Shown here piece by piece: positions 40,007 through 49,290 of a stretch of DNA of 50,627 bases. Position 1 is the stretch's first letter, and every line of letters begins with the position of its first letter. Both the position numbers and the translations under genes were made by a program. This stretch comes from Dehalococcoidia bacterium (GTDB taxonomy: Bacteria; Chloroflexota; Dehalococcoidia; Lucifugimonadales; UBA3495). The notes beneath the pieces were generated by a model, which searched no databases, had not been told where the DNA came from, and saw only the letters and a program-made list of their open reading frames with translations. The DNA lies in the NCBI GenBank assembly GCA_030740155.1, contig JASLXV010000030.1, positions 1 to 50,627 of the forward strand, given 5' to 3'.

Positions 40007-40533
40007 GGTATTTGCCAGCTCGGCAATCCAACGGCCTCCGTAGAAAGCCGGCGCTGCCTGCTCCTCAACAGGAGTTGGCACGCCGGCTTGATCTTTGGGC
40101 AGATATTGTAGCGAAATGCGCCCGTGGGATAGCACACCTCCGGCCTCGAAGGGCTCCCGCTACTGCCGGAGGTGCGGCCACCGGCAAATTGGATGAATCT
40201 CATCGTGCCTTTTTGCATCTGAGTTCTGCAACCTGAGCATAACTTCGATAGAGCAAGGAGGCAAAATGAGTATGCGGGCGGCCGCCGCCGGCGTATGCGT
40301 CGGGAGATCAAACGTCGCGTAGCCCCTGCAATGACCGGCGTGAACTGCGGCGCTTCATTAATTAAAAGGTGATCTAGTTGCTTTATTGGGGAAAACTAAC
40401 TATTATTTAATTGGAGTTAAGTCGCAAGACCAAAAGGTTGACCGCTTGGAAGGGAAAAATTGCGCCTGCCGAAACTTGAGGGGACGTTCGGCCCGTAGCC
40501 GGAAAATACTGACCGTTAAGGAGAGGCCAACAG

Positions 40534-41196
40534 ATGTCATTAAGGATAAACGACCCGGCTCCCGACTTCGATGCAAGAACCAGCACTGGCAGTATCCGGT
40601 TCCACGATTGGATGGGAGATGGGTGGGCCATGTTGTTCTCCCATCCAAAGGATTTCACTCCGGTCTGCGCGACCGAGCTTAGCACCGTCGCGAGGCTTGA
40701 CGGTGAGTTCCAGAGCCGTGGGTGCAAGGTCATCGGCTTAAGCGTGGATACGGTGGATGATCATCATAAGTGGTCCGCCGATATCGAGGAACTCGCCGGG
40801 ACCAAGCTCGCGTTCCCGATCATCGCTGACGAGAACCTTAACGTCGCCAAACTCTACGACATGTTACCGGCAGACGGTGGGGAATCCTGCGAAGGAAGGA
40901 CCGCGGCGGACAATCAGACGGTCCGGTCGGTGTTTCTGGTAGGCCCGGACAAGAAGATCAAGATGAGCTTGACCTATCCCATGAGTTCGGGACGCAACTT
41001 CAATGAGTTGCTTCGCATTCTCGACTCGTGCCAATTGACGGCCAACCACAAGGTCGGGACGCCGGCGAACTGGGAGAAAGGTCAAGACGTGATAATCCTG
41101 CCGTCGGTAGATAACGATGCGGCGAAGGAGCTTTTCCCCGCCGGTTGGGACACCGTCAAGCCTTACCTGCGAAAGGTCAAGGACTCGAGCAACTAG
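40534..41196 (+). CDS. 1-Cys peroxiredoxin (Prx6 subfamily)
   Basis: FSHPKDFTPVCATE, TVRSVF, YPMSSGRNFNE, TPANW, KPYLR. Confidence 0.95.
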   Translation: MSLRINDPAPDFDARTSTGSIRFHDWMGDGWAMLFSHPKDFTPVCATELSTVARLDGEFQSRGCKVIGLSVDTVDDHHKWSADIEELAGTKLAFPIIADENLNVAKLYDMLPADGGESCEGRTAADNQTVRSVFLVGPDKKIKMSLTYPMSSGRNFNELLRILDSCQLTANHKVGTPANWEKGQDVIILPSVDNDAAKELFPAGWDTVKPYLRKVKDSSN

Positions 41197-41214
41197 CCTG
41201 TTGGACCAGATGAG

Positions 41215-41248
41215 AAGGCCCCGGCGTTTCTGCCGGGGCCTTTTTTTT
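41215..41248 (+). terminator. Rho-independent terminator
   Basis: AAGGCCCCGGC-GTTTCT-GCCGGGGCC followed by T8. Confidence 0.9.
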
Positions 41249-41460
41249 GATTCCTAAGCATCGGGCCACGCCGGTCACCCGAGAATGAGCCCTCGCCGTA
41301 ACAAAGGGGCCGTCGTCGCCGGAAGCCGGCTCTGGCTCTCCACCCCTGAAACGGCCATCCCTCATACAATTTTGGCCGGGGCCGTGCTAAGATGTGAAGC
41401 GGTGAAACCGGTGGATGCAGCGCTGTAGGGCCGGCTGCCTGAATCATGATTGGAGTTGAT

Positions 41461-42849
41461 ATGCACTCTGAAACGGTGTTGATTCGAGGCCCTCGGGTCA
41501 TCGATCCCAGCCGCGGAGTGGACGAGGTGGCGGACATCCTGATCCGGGACGGCAAGATCCTCGCCACCGGCCGGATTCCCGCCGGGGAGGCGCCGGAGGG
41601 TAGCCGGATTATCGAAGCCCGTGGATTGGTGGCGGCGCCGGGGTTCATCGACATTCACTGCCATCTCCGGGAGCCCGGCTTCGAGTACAAAGAGACCATC
41701 GCCACCGGCACTCGCGCCGCCGCCCGCGGGGGTTTTACCGCCGTCTGCTGCATGCCCAACACCGAGCCGCCCATCGACAATGCCGCCGTGGTGGAGTTCA
41801 TTCAACGCCGCGCCAGGGAGGATTCCCCGGTGCGCGTGTATCCCATCGGCTGCGTCAGCAAGGGCCGCAAAGGAAAAGAGCTTTCTGAGATGGAGGAGTT
41901 GGCCTCCGGAGGGGTGGTTGCCTTCAGCGACGATGGCGACCCGGTCTACGACTCGAACCTGATGCGGATGGCCCTCATCTACAGCGTTGACCTGGGCCGG
42001 CCCATCAGCAATCACTGCCTGGAGCGCTCGCTGGCGCCCCGTGGGGTGATGGCCGAAGGCTGGACCGCCACCCGGCTGGGGCTGGCGGGTATCCCGGCCG
42101 CCGCCGAGGAGGCGATGATGGCCCGGGATATCTCGCTGGCGGAGCTGACCGGAGGACACCTGCACCTAGCACACGTCAGCACCGCCGGAACCGTCCCCAT
42201 GCTGCGCCAGGCCAAGGAACGGGGAATAAACGTGACCGCCGAGGTTTGCCCCCACCATCTGACCATTACCGACCAGTGGGTCCTGGGCAACCGGGGTGCG
42301 GAAACGGGGGAATCCGGACCGCTTTCCTACGATACCTCCACCAAGGTCTTTCCTCCCTTGCGAAGCCAGCAGGACGTGGAGGCGCTGGTGGAGGGCCTGG
42401 CCGAAGGGGTGATCGATTGCATCGCCACCGACCATGCTCCCCACGAGCTTGTGAGCAAGCAAGTGACGTACCAGGACGCGGCCTTCGGCATCAGCGTGCT
42501 GGAGACGGCCCTGGGGTCGGGATTGCAACTGGTGCACCAGGGCCGGTTGCCGCTGCACCTCCTGGTGGAGCGGATGACCGCCGGGCCGGCCCGGGTGCTG
42601 GGCCCTGAATTCGCCGATCTGGCCACGTTACGGCCGGGGACTCCCGCGGACATCGTGTTGTTCGACCCGGACCGGGAATGGGCCGTCGACCCGTCGGATT
42701 TCGAGTCCAAGGGCAAGAACACTCCCCTGGAGGGAACGACGCTGCGGGGCCGGGTGGCCCTCACCATGGTCGAGGGCCGGGTGGTGTTCGAGTTGTCCGA
42801 GGGCGAAACCGGCGCTCAGATCGTGCATCCGGTGGCCGAGGGACCATAG
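41461..42849 (+). CDS. pyrC: Dihydroorotase
   Basis: PGFIDIHCHLREPG, MPNT, FSDDG, HLAHVST, EVCPHHL, KVFPPLR, ATDHAPH; directly upstream of carA. Confidence 0.93.
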   Translation: MHSETVLIRGPRVIDPSRGVDEVADILIRDGKILATGRIPAGEAPEGSRIIEARGLVAAPGFIDIHCHLREPGFEYKETIATGTRAAARGGFTAVCCMPNTEPPIDNAAVVEFIQRRAREDSPVRVYPIGCVSKGRKGKELSEMEELASGGVVAFSDDGDPVYDSNLMRMALIYSVDLGRPISNHCLERSLAPRGVMAEGWTATRLGLAGIPAAAEEAMMARDISLAELTGGHLHLAHVSTAGTVPMLRQAKERGINVTAEVCPHHLTITDQWVLGNRGAETGESGPLSYDTSTKVFPPLRSQQDVEALVEGLAEGVIDCIATDHAPHELVSKQVTYQDAAFGISVLETALGSGLQLVHQGRLPLHLLVERMTAGPARVLGPEFADLATLRPGTPADIVLFDPDREWAVDPSDFESKGKNTPLEGTTLRGRVALTMVEGRVVFELSEGETGAQIVHPVAEGP

Positions 42850-42852
42850 TTG

Positions 42853-43974
42853 ATGGCCGGTAATGCGCCCGAGGCCAGGCAAGCGTACCTGGTATTGGAA
42901 GACGGCTCAGTCCACCCCGGAGATGCCTTTGGCGCCGATGCGACGGGCCACGGGGAGGTGGTGTTCAACACCAGCATGACCGGTTACCAGGAGATGCTGA
43001 CCGACCCCTCCTATGCCGGTCAGTTGGTGACCCTCACTTATCCCCTGGTGGGGAACTACGGCATCAGCGATGAGCACTTCGAGTCCCGCCGCATCCAGGT
43101 TCGGGGCCTGATCGTCCGGGAGCACTGCGACCTTCCCAGCCACGGACTCAGCCGGCGGACGCTTCATGAGTATCTTCTGTCTCAAGGCATTCCCGGCCTC
43201 AGTGGGGTGGATACCAGGGCAATTACCCGCCGCCTCCGCAGCCGGGGAGTGATGATGGGGATCATCACCCAGGACTCTCCGGAGTCCGCCCTCGCCCGGC
43301 TGGCGGAGATCACCCCCTACGGAGATGTGGACTTCGTCCGCACCGTCACCACCGAGCAGAACTATCATTGGGTAGATTCTCCGATGGCGCCGGGAGTGGA
43401 AGAGAAGCACCGGGTGGTGGTCCTTGACTCTGGATTGAAGTACAACATCCTGCGGCTGCTGCGGAAGCGCGGCTGTGAGGTGGTTGCCGTTCCGGCCACC
43501 ACGTCCGCTGAGGAGGTGCTGGCCCTCAGCCCCTCGGGAATTCTTTTGTCACCGGGACCGGGAGACCCCCAACTGCTCGGCTATCTGGTGGACAACGTGC
43601 GCAAGCTGCTGGGGCGGGTACCCATTATGGGTATCTGCCTCGGACACCAGATAGCCGCCCGTGCACTGGGAGCCGACACGTTCAAGCTTAAGTTCGGCCA
43701 TCGGGGCGCCAACCACCCGGTCAAAGACCTCGGCACCGGGCGGGTTTACATAACAGCCCAGAACCACGGTTTTGCCGTCCGGGCCGATTCCCTGCCACAG
43801 GGGCTAGAGGCCTCTCACATCAGTCTGAATGACGGCACCGTTGAAGGGCTCCGGCACCGGGAGCTGCCGTTGCTCACCATCCAGTACCACTCGGAGGCCT
43901 CGCCGGGCCCGTTGGACAACGAGTACCTCTTCGACCGGTTCCTCCAACTCATGGATGACTCCACCGGTCTCTAG
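42853..43974 (+). CDS. carA: Carbamoyl-phosphate synthase small subunit
   Basis: GEVVFNTSMTGYQE, SPGPGDP, GICLGHQ, QNHGF, QYHSEASPGP. Confidence 0.97.
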   Translation: MAGNAPEARQAYLVLEDGSVHPGDAFGADATGHGEVVFNTSMTGYQEMLTDPSYAGQLVTLTYPLVGNYGISDEHFESRRIQVRGLIVREHCDLPSHGLSRRTLHEYLLSQGIPGLSGVDTRAITRRLRSRGVMMGIITQDSPESALARLAEITPYGDVDFVRTVTTEQNYHWVDSPMAPGVEEKHRVVVLDSGLKYNILRLLRKRGCEVVAVPATTSAEEVLALSPSGILLSPGPGDPQLLGYLVDNVRKLLGRVPIMGICLGHQIAARALGADTFKLKFGHRGANHPVKDLGTGRVYITAQNHGFAVRADSLPQGLEASHISLNDGTVEGLRHRELPLLTIQYHSEASPGPLDNEYLFDRFLQLMDDSTGL

Positions 43975-44140
43975 TGATATAGCCAGGCGAGAGAAATGGA
44001 CGTAATGCCCCTGGCAAACTGTGCCCGGAGCCCAAGGAGCCATGTTATGCTAGTCGCTGTGCAATTTTTCATCAGTAGATAGATCAGGTCCTCGACCTTA
44101 GGGGGGATGCCTATGACTAAATGACCAACCGTGAATCGAT

Positions 44141-44172
44141 CTTTCAGCGTCCACGCTAGCGGAGGTTTTTTT
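44141..44172 (+). terminator. Terminator/attenuator-like hairpin
   Basis: CTTTC-AGCG-TCCA-CGCT-AGC-GGAGG followed by T7, just upstream of the inserted hypothetical gene. Confidence 0.4.
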
Positions 44173-44189
44173 ATATGTCTTGTTTTGCC

Positions 44190-44591
44190 ATGGTGTTGCT
44201 GGAGGATGGGGTGGAGATGGAGATTCCTACGGATTTGTCAGGTATTATTTCTTTTTTGCATCGTGAAGTACCCAAGTTTTCATTCGAAGGGCACGGCTTT
44301 TCCCTGGCGCCCGGTAAAGCAAAGCTGGGCAGCCGCTGGGACATGGTGGTTGAGTCAACCGACTATGAACAAAAAGGTCTTCCCCTCACACCGGTGGGGC
44401 GGATAATATTGGAAAAGCTGGATGACGGTTTCGTCCAGTTCAGGGTCCCGCCCAGGGTCGAGCAGAAGAGCCCGGATATTCTTCGTTCCGACCCGGACGG
44501 ACGGCTCCTTGGGTCTTTCATTTTTCAGACCCTCAACGCTTTGGGACGTCACAAGTTGATCGATCTCCCCGGCGTTCTTCCCACGGCCTGA
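44190..44591 (+). CDS. Hypothetical protein between carA and carB; start uncertain
   Basis: Globular-looking ORF of about 133 aa filling the carA-carB gap; no motif recognised. Confidence 0.65.
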   Translation: MVLLEDGVEMEIPTDLSGIISFLHREVPKFSFEGHGFSLAPGKAKLGSRWDMVVESTDYEQKGLPLTPVGRIILEKLDDGFVQFRVPPRVEQKSPDILRSDPDGRLLGSFIFQTLNALGRHKLIDLPGVLPTA

Positions 44592-44643
44592 CGGCTCGGC
44601 CTAAACGAAGAGGTGCCTTGAGGGTGGGGCCAAGGAGGTAAGC

Positions 44644-47600
44644 ATCTCTACGAGGCCGGGAAAAGTGCTGGTCATCGGCTCCGGGCCAATTGTCATAGGG
44701 CAGGCGGCAGAGTTCGATTACGCGGGGACGCAGGCGTGTAAAGCCCTCCGAGAGGAAGGGGTGACTACCGTGCTGGTCAACTCCAATCCCGCCACAATCA
44801 TGACCGACCAGGGCATCGCGGACCGGGTCTACATCGAGCCGCTGACCGTCGAAGTCCTGGAGCGGATCATCCAGCGGGAGAAGCCCGACGGAATCCTGCC
44901 GACGCTGGGAGGGCAGACCGGTCTGAACCTCGCGGTGGCGCTCGCCGACGCGGGGGTGCTGGAGAGGCAGTCCGTGCGCCTCCTGGGTACCCCGTTGGAG
45001 ACCATCCGAAAATCGGAAGACAGGGATTTCTTCCGCAGTTTCCTCCATGAAATCGACGAGCCCGAGCCCCTGAACGTGTCCGTGTCCTCGATGGAGGAAG
45101 CCCGGCGCCAGGCCGCCGAGATGGAGCTACCCCTGGTGGTGCGACCGGCTTACACCCTGGGCGGCAGCGGCGGCGGAGTCGCCAACACCTGGGAAGAGCT
45201 GGAGGCCTTCGCCCGTAGCGGCCTGGCCGCCAGCCCCATCAATCAGGTCCTTCTGGAGCGGTCCCTGGTTGGCTGGAGAGAGATCGAATATGAGGTGATG
45301 CGGGACGGCGCCGACAACTGCATCACCGTCTGCAACATGGAGAACCTGGACCCCATGGGCGTCCACACCGGGGACAGCATCGTGGTCGCGCCCAGCCAGA
45401 CCCTCACCGACAAAGAGTACCAGATGCTGCGGAGCGCCAGCTTGAAGATAATCCGCGGCCTGGGCATCGAGGGCGGGTGCAACGTCCAATTTGCCTTGCA
45501 GCCCCATCCCCAGGTGGCTGAAATCCTGGGGCTTCCCTGGGAAACTGAGTCTCCCTACTACGTGATCGAGGTAAATCCCCGGGTCAGCCGTAGTTCGGCC
45601 CTGGCCAGTAAGGCCACCGGCTACCCCATTGCCCGGGTCGCGGCCAAGATTGCGGTGGGAAGGCGGCTGGACGAAATACCCAACGCCGTCACCGGAGTGA
45701 CCAAGGCGGCATTCGAGCCGGCCCTGGACTACTGCGTCGTGAAAATCCCCCGCTGGCCCTTCGACAAGTTTCCCCACGGCGACCGCACCACGACCACCCA
45801 AATGAAGGCCACCGGCGAGGTTATGGTCATTGACCGGTCCTTCGAGGCCGCCCTGCAAAAGGCGGCCCGCGCCCTGGAGCTTGGCGGCCGCACCCTGCTG
45901 TGGGAAGACCCGGCCTGGCGCGGTGATGGGGCGTTCTCCCTGGACGACTTGCCCTTGGGCCCCAACGATGTGCGCCTCTGGGCGATTTTGGCGGCCCTCC
46001 GCCGGGACGTAAGCCGGGAAACCCTGATCCGGCGCACCCTGATAGAGCCCTGGTTCATCAATGCCCTGGACCGAATTGTCGCCATGGAGCGACGGCTGCT
46101 GTCGGAGCGGCTGACACAGGAGTTGCTGTTCCAGGCCAAACGGCTGGGCTTCTCCGACGAGCAGGTCGGCACCCTGGCGGACATGCTTCCGGAGCAGGTC
46201 CGCAACACTCGTCACCAGTGGGGGCTCCGGCCGGTGTACAAGATGGTGGATACCTGCGCCGCTGAGTTCGAAGCCGTAACCCCCTACTACTACAGCACCT
46301 ACGACCGGGAGAACGAGGCCCCCCCTCTCCCCGGCAAGAAAGCGGTGGTGATCGGCAGTGGCCCGATACGCATCGGCCAGGGAATCGAATTCGACTACTG
46401 CAGCGTCCACGCCGCTTGGGCCCTGTCCCAGGCGGGGATCTCCAGCGTAATGGTCAACTCCAATCCGGAGACGGTCTCCACCGACTTCGACTCTTCGGAT
46501 CGGCTGTATTTCGAGCCGCTGGACCAGGAGGCGCTACGCGATATTCTGGAAAACGAGGCGGTGGACGACCAGCCGCCACCCGTGGTGGTGCAGTTCGGCG
46601 GCCAGACGGCCATCGACCTCTCCCAATCCCTTGCCCTGGTGGGGGTGCCCATCCTCGGCTCCAGCGCCGAAGCCATCGATATCGCCTCCGACCGGCACAA
46701 GTTCGAGGAGTTCATGTCCCGCCTCGGCATACCTCAGCCCCCCGGCGCCGCCGTGACCTCGGTGGCGGAGGCTTTACAGGTTGCCCAGAACATCGGCTAC
46801 CCGGCGGTCGTGCGGCCCAGCTACGTCCTGGGGGGCCGTGCCATGGAGATCGTGCAAAACGCCACAGAACTGATCCGTTACCTGACCATGGCGACGGAAT
46901 TGTCCCCGGACAAGCCGGTGCTCATCGACCGTTACCTGGAAGGAAAAGAGTGCGAGGTCGACGTCATTTGCGACGGCGAGCAGGTGTTGATCCCCGGCGT
47001 CATGGAGCACATCGAGCGGGCCGGAGTGCACAGCGGCGATTCCATGGCCATCTACCCGGGCCTGAACCTCACCAAGGAAGAGGTTGCCACCATCGTGGAC
47101 TACAGCACCCGCATCGGGTTGGCTCTGGGAATCCGGGGCCTGATGAACATCCAGTTCGTGATCCACGGCGGGGCCCCCTACCGGAGCCCGCACCTGCCCT
47201 CGGACGGCGATCAGGCCACCTCCGTATACGTCTTGGAGGTCAACCCTCGGGGCAGCCGGACCATCCCGTTCATCTCCAAGGTCACCGGGGTGCCCGTGGC
47301 CGCCATCGCCACCCGGGTGATGCTGGGCCAAACCCTGGCCGAGCAGGGCTATCCGGACGGGCTGTGGCCAATCCAGAAACTGGTGGGAATCAAGGCGCCG
47401 GTGTTCTCGATGGGCAAATTGGTCGGCGTTGATTGGCACTTGGGACCGGAGATGAAATCAACCGGCGAGGTCATGGGCATTGACCGGGACTTTTCCAGCG
47501 CCCTCACCAAAGCGCTCCTGGCGGCCGGCCTGAACTTGGAAAAAGGTATGGGAGTGCTGCTGAGCATCGCCGACCAGCACAAGGCTGAATCGGTGCAGAT

Positions 47601-47949
47601 GCTCCGCCAGTTGCACCGGGCGGGCTGCCGTCTCTACGCCACCGAGGGCACCGCGGCCATGATTGCCGCCATGGGAATGCCGGTTACCATGACCACCAAG
47701 AAGCTGAGCGAGGGGCACCCCAACGTGATGGACGTTATCGAAGACGGCAGCGTGGGCGCCGTCATCAACACGGTCACCGGTGTGGGCTCGGTGCTGCGGG
47801 ACGGCTACTACATCCGGAGAGCGGCGGTGGAACGGCGAATCCCCATCTTCACGGCACTGGACACGGCCCGGGCGGCGGTGGAAAGCCTGCTGGCGGAGAA
47901 GACCAACTACAACATTCGTTGTACCGAGGAGTACCTGAACGGGGTTTAG
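44644..47949 (+). CDS. carB: Carbamoyl-phosphate synthase large subunit (probable ATC start at 44644; alternative GTG 44665)
   Basis: KVLVIGSGPIVIGQAAEFDYAG, two ATP-grasp halves (EVNPRVSRSS, EVNPRGSRT), MGS C-domain; AAGGAGGT 4 nt before an in-frame ATC. Confidence 0.96.
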   Translation: MSTRPGKVLVIGSGPIVIGQAAEFDYAGTQACKALREEGVTTVLVNSNPATIMTDQGIADRVYIEPLTVEVLERIIQREKPDGILPTLGGQTGLNLAVALADAGVLERQSVRLLGTPLETIRKSEDRDFFRSFLHEIDEPEPLNVSVSSMEEARRQAAEMELPLVVRPAYTLGGSGGGVANTWEELEAFARSGLAASPINQVLLERSLVGWREIEYEVMRDGADNCITVCNMENLDPMGVHTGDSIVVAPSQTLTDKEYQMLRSASLKIIRGLGIEGGCNVQFALQPHPQVAEILGLPWETESPYYVIEVNPRVSRSSALASKATGYPIARVAAKIAVGRRLDEIPNAVTGVTKAAFEPALDYCVVKIPRWPFDKFPHGDRTTTTQMKATGEVMVIDRSFEAALQKAARALELGGRTLLWEDPAWRGDGAFSLDDLPLGPNDVRLWAILAALRRDVSRETLIRRTLIEPWFINALDRIVAMERRLLSERLTQELLFQAKRLGFSDEQVGTLADMLPEQVRNTRHQWGLRPVYKMVDTCAAEFEAVTPYYYSTYDRENEAPPLPGKKAVVIGSGPIRIGQGIEFDYCSVHAAWALSQAGISSVMVNSNPETVSTDFDSSDRLYFEPLDQEALRDILENEAVDDQPPPVVVQFGGQTAIDLSQSLALVGVPILGSSAEAIDIASDRHKFEEFMSRLGIPQPPGAAVTSVAEALQVAQNIGYPAVVRPSYVLGGRAMEIVQNATELIRYLTMATELSPDKPVLIDRYLEGKECEVDVICDGEQVLIPGVMEHIERAGVHSGDSMAIYPGLNLTKEEVATIVDYSTRIGLALGIRGLMNIQFVIHGGAPYRSPHLPSDGDQATSVYVLEVNPRGSRTIPFISKVTGVPVAAIATRVMLGQTLAEQGYPDGLWPIQKLVGIKAPVFSMGKLVGVDWHLGPEMKSTGEVMGIDRDFSSALTKALLAAGLNLEKGMGVLLSIADQHKAESVQMLRQLHRAGCRLYATEGTAAMIAAMGMPVTMTTKKLSEGHPNVMDVIEDGSVGAVINTVTGVGSVLRDGYYIRRAAVERRIPIFTALDTARAAVESLLAEKTNYNIRCTEEYLNGV

Positions 47950-47989
47950 GGAGAGCGCCTGTGGCCGCTCGTCGGCACCACCGGGGGTA

Positions 47990-48165
47990 CTACATATACA
48001 GCGGGTGGCGCCACTTCAATTCAGGGAAGCGAACCCCGGTCAGTGGCAACCCATTGGCTGCCCGCATCTGTGGCCAGGGCCGCTGGGTGAGCATCTGGGA
48101 CCAAGTTGCTTCTTACCCCAGCGGTTTGACAGAGGCTGCAAAGATTGCCCAATGCCGAGCCCCTG
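47990..48165 (-). pseudogene. C-terminal remnant of a VapC/PIN-domain toxin with a frameshift
   Basis: NLVPDAHPAALA...WVATDRG, then after a frame change RFPELKWRHPL; matches the VapC tail pattern DAHLAALA...TDRxFxRFPxLxWxxPL. Confidence 0.7.
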
Positions 48166-48243
48166 AAGCTATACGGACCCAGTTTGGCTGGGTCCGTATA
48201 GCAAATCATCGTCGAGTCGTACACCGGTTTTCGTAGACCACGT

Positions 48244-49197
48244 CTACCACTCCATCTCCAGGCCGATGCCCGCGGCCTTCGCCCGGTCGTAGGCCAGCTT
48301 GGCAGAGGCCACGTCGGCCACTCCGGTGCCCATCAGCTTGGCCAGGATGATCTGGTCCGCCGTATCCCGGCCCGGTGTCCCACCCGCCACGACGTGGCGC
48401 AACTCCTGGAGCCGGCTCCACTGGAAAGCGCCCCGGTCCGCCGCGCTGGCCATGTCGCCCACTTCGATGGTGGCCTGCTCCGGGGAGTCGATGAATACCT
48501 TGGAGGCCCGGTCGAAGGTGGCGTCATCCACCTCCTTGGCGCGCCAGCTGGTGGGCCCGGCGGCGATCAGCGTCGACCCTGGCGACAGCCACTCGCCGGC
48601 CACCACCGGCTCCATGGTGTTGGCGATGCAGATCACGATGTCGCAGCCGGTAACTGCCTCCTGGTTGGTGGAGGCCGAAACCACCTCGATTCCCATTTTC
48701 TCGGTCATGGAACGGGCGAAGGCGTCGCGTCGCTCCTTGGTCCGGCTGTAAGCCTTGATCTGCTTGATGTTTCGGACCTTGCACACCGCTTCAAGCTGAG
48801 TGGGCGCCTGATTCCCGGTGCCGATGATGCCCACCGTGGCCGAATCGGGGTTGGAAAGGTGTTTGACGGCGATGCCGGTGGTGGCCCCGGTCCGTAGGTG
48901 GCCCAGCCGGTTGGCCTGAGTGTAGCAGAGGAGTTTACCGGTGTCCGTGTCGTACAGGCTGACCTGAAACGAGTATTTCCCCTTGATTATCGTGTAGGTC
49001 TTGACGCCCATCACTCCGTCATAGAACAGGCCCCCGGCCATGACGGACAGCGTCCCTCCGCTGGCGTTGATCTTGCGCCGGGTCAGGTTCATTGCCTCGC
49101 CTCGGCCGAAGTGGCCCAGCATCGACTCGATGGCTTCCAACATGTGGTCCATTGTTACGCACTGTTGTACGTCTTCATTCCGCAAGAAAAGCGCCAT
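48244..49197 (-). CDS. Ornithine cyclodeaminase/mu-crystallin family protein
   Basis: LRTGA, IIGTGNQA Rossmann motif, GEWLSPG, PGRD, GTGVADVA. Confidence 0.92.
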   Translation of the reverse strand: MALFLRNEDVQQCVTMDHMLEAIESMLGHFGRGEAMNLTRRKINASGGTLSVMAGGLFYDGVMGVKTYTIIKGKYSFQVSLYDTDTGKLLCYTQANRLGHLRTGATTGIAVKHLSNPDSATVGIIGTGNQAPTQLEAVCKVRNIKQIKAYSRTKERRDAFARSMTEKMGIEVVSASTNQEAVTGCDIVICIANTMEPVVAGEWLSPGSTLIAAGPTSWRAKEVDDATFDRASKVFIDSPEQATIEVGDMASAADRGAFQWSRLQELRHVVAGGTPGRDTADQIILAKLMGTGVADVASAKLAYDRAKAAGIGLEMEW

Positions 49198-49290
49198 GGC
49201 TCGTCAATCCTCCTACCGGTTTTGGGGGCCCGCGAAGCACCTGGATCAGACCGGTGCTAGTGTACCCTGGGGCTGTCTGGCTGGCAATGG

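Noticed and set aside
40010..40530. AT-rich region upstream of the peroxiredoxin as an OxyR/PerR site or ncRNA
   Set aside because: It is probably regulatory, but no specific box or structure could be identified by eye.
44010..44045. c-di-GMP-I riboswitch suggested by GGCAAAC
   Set aside because: The GNRA-capped stem and downstream GCAAAG elements are absent.
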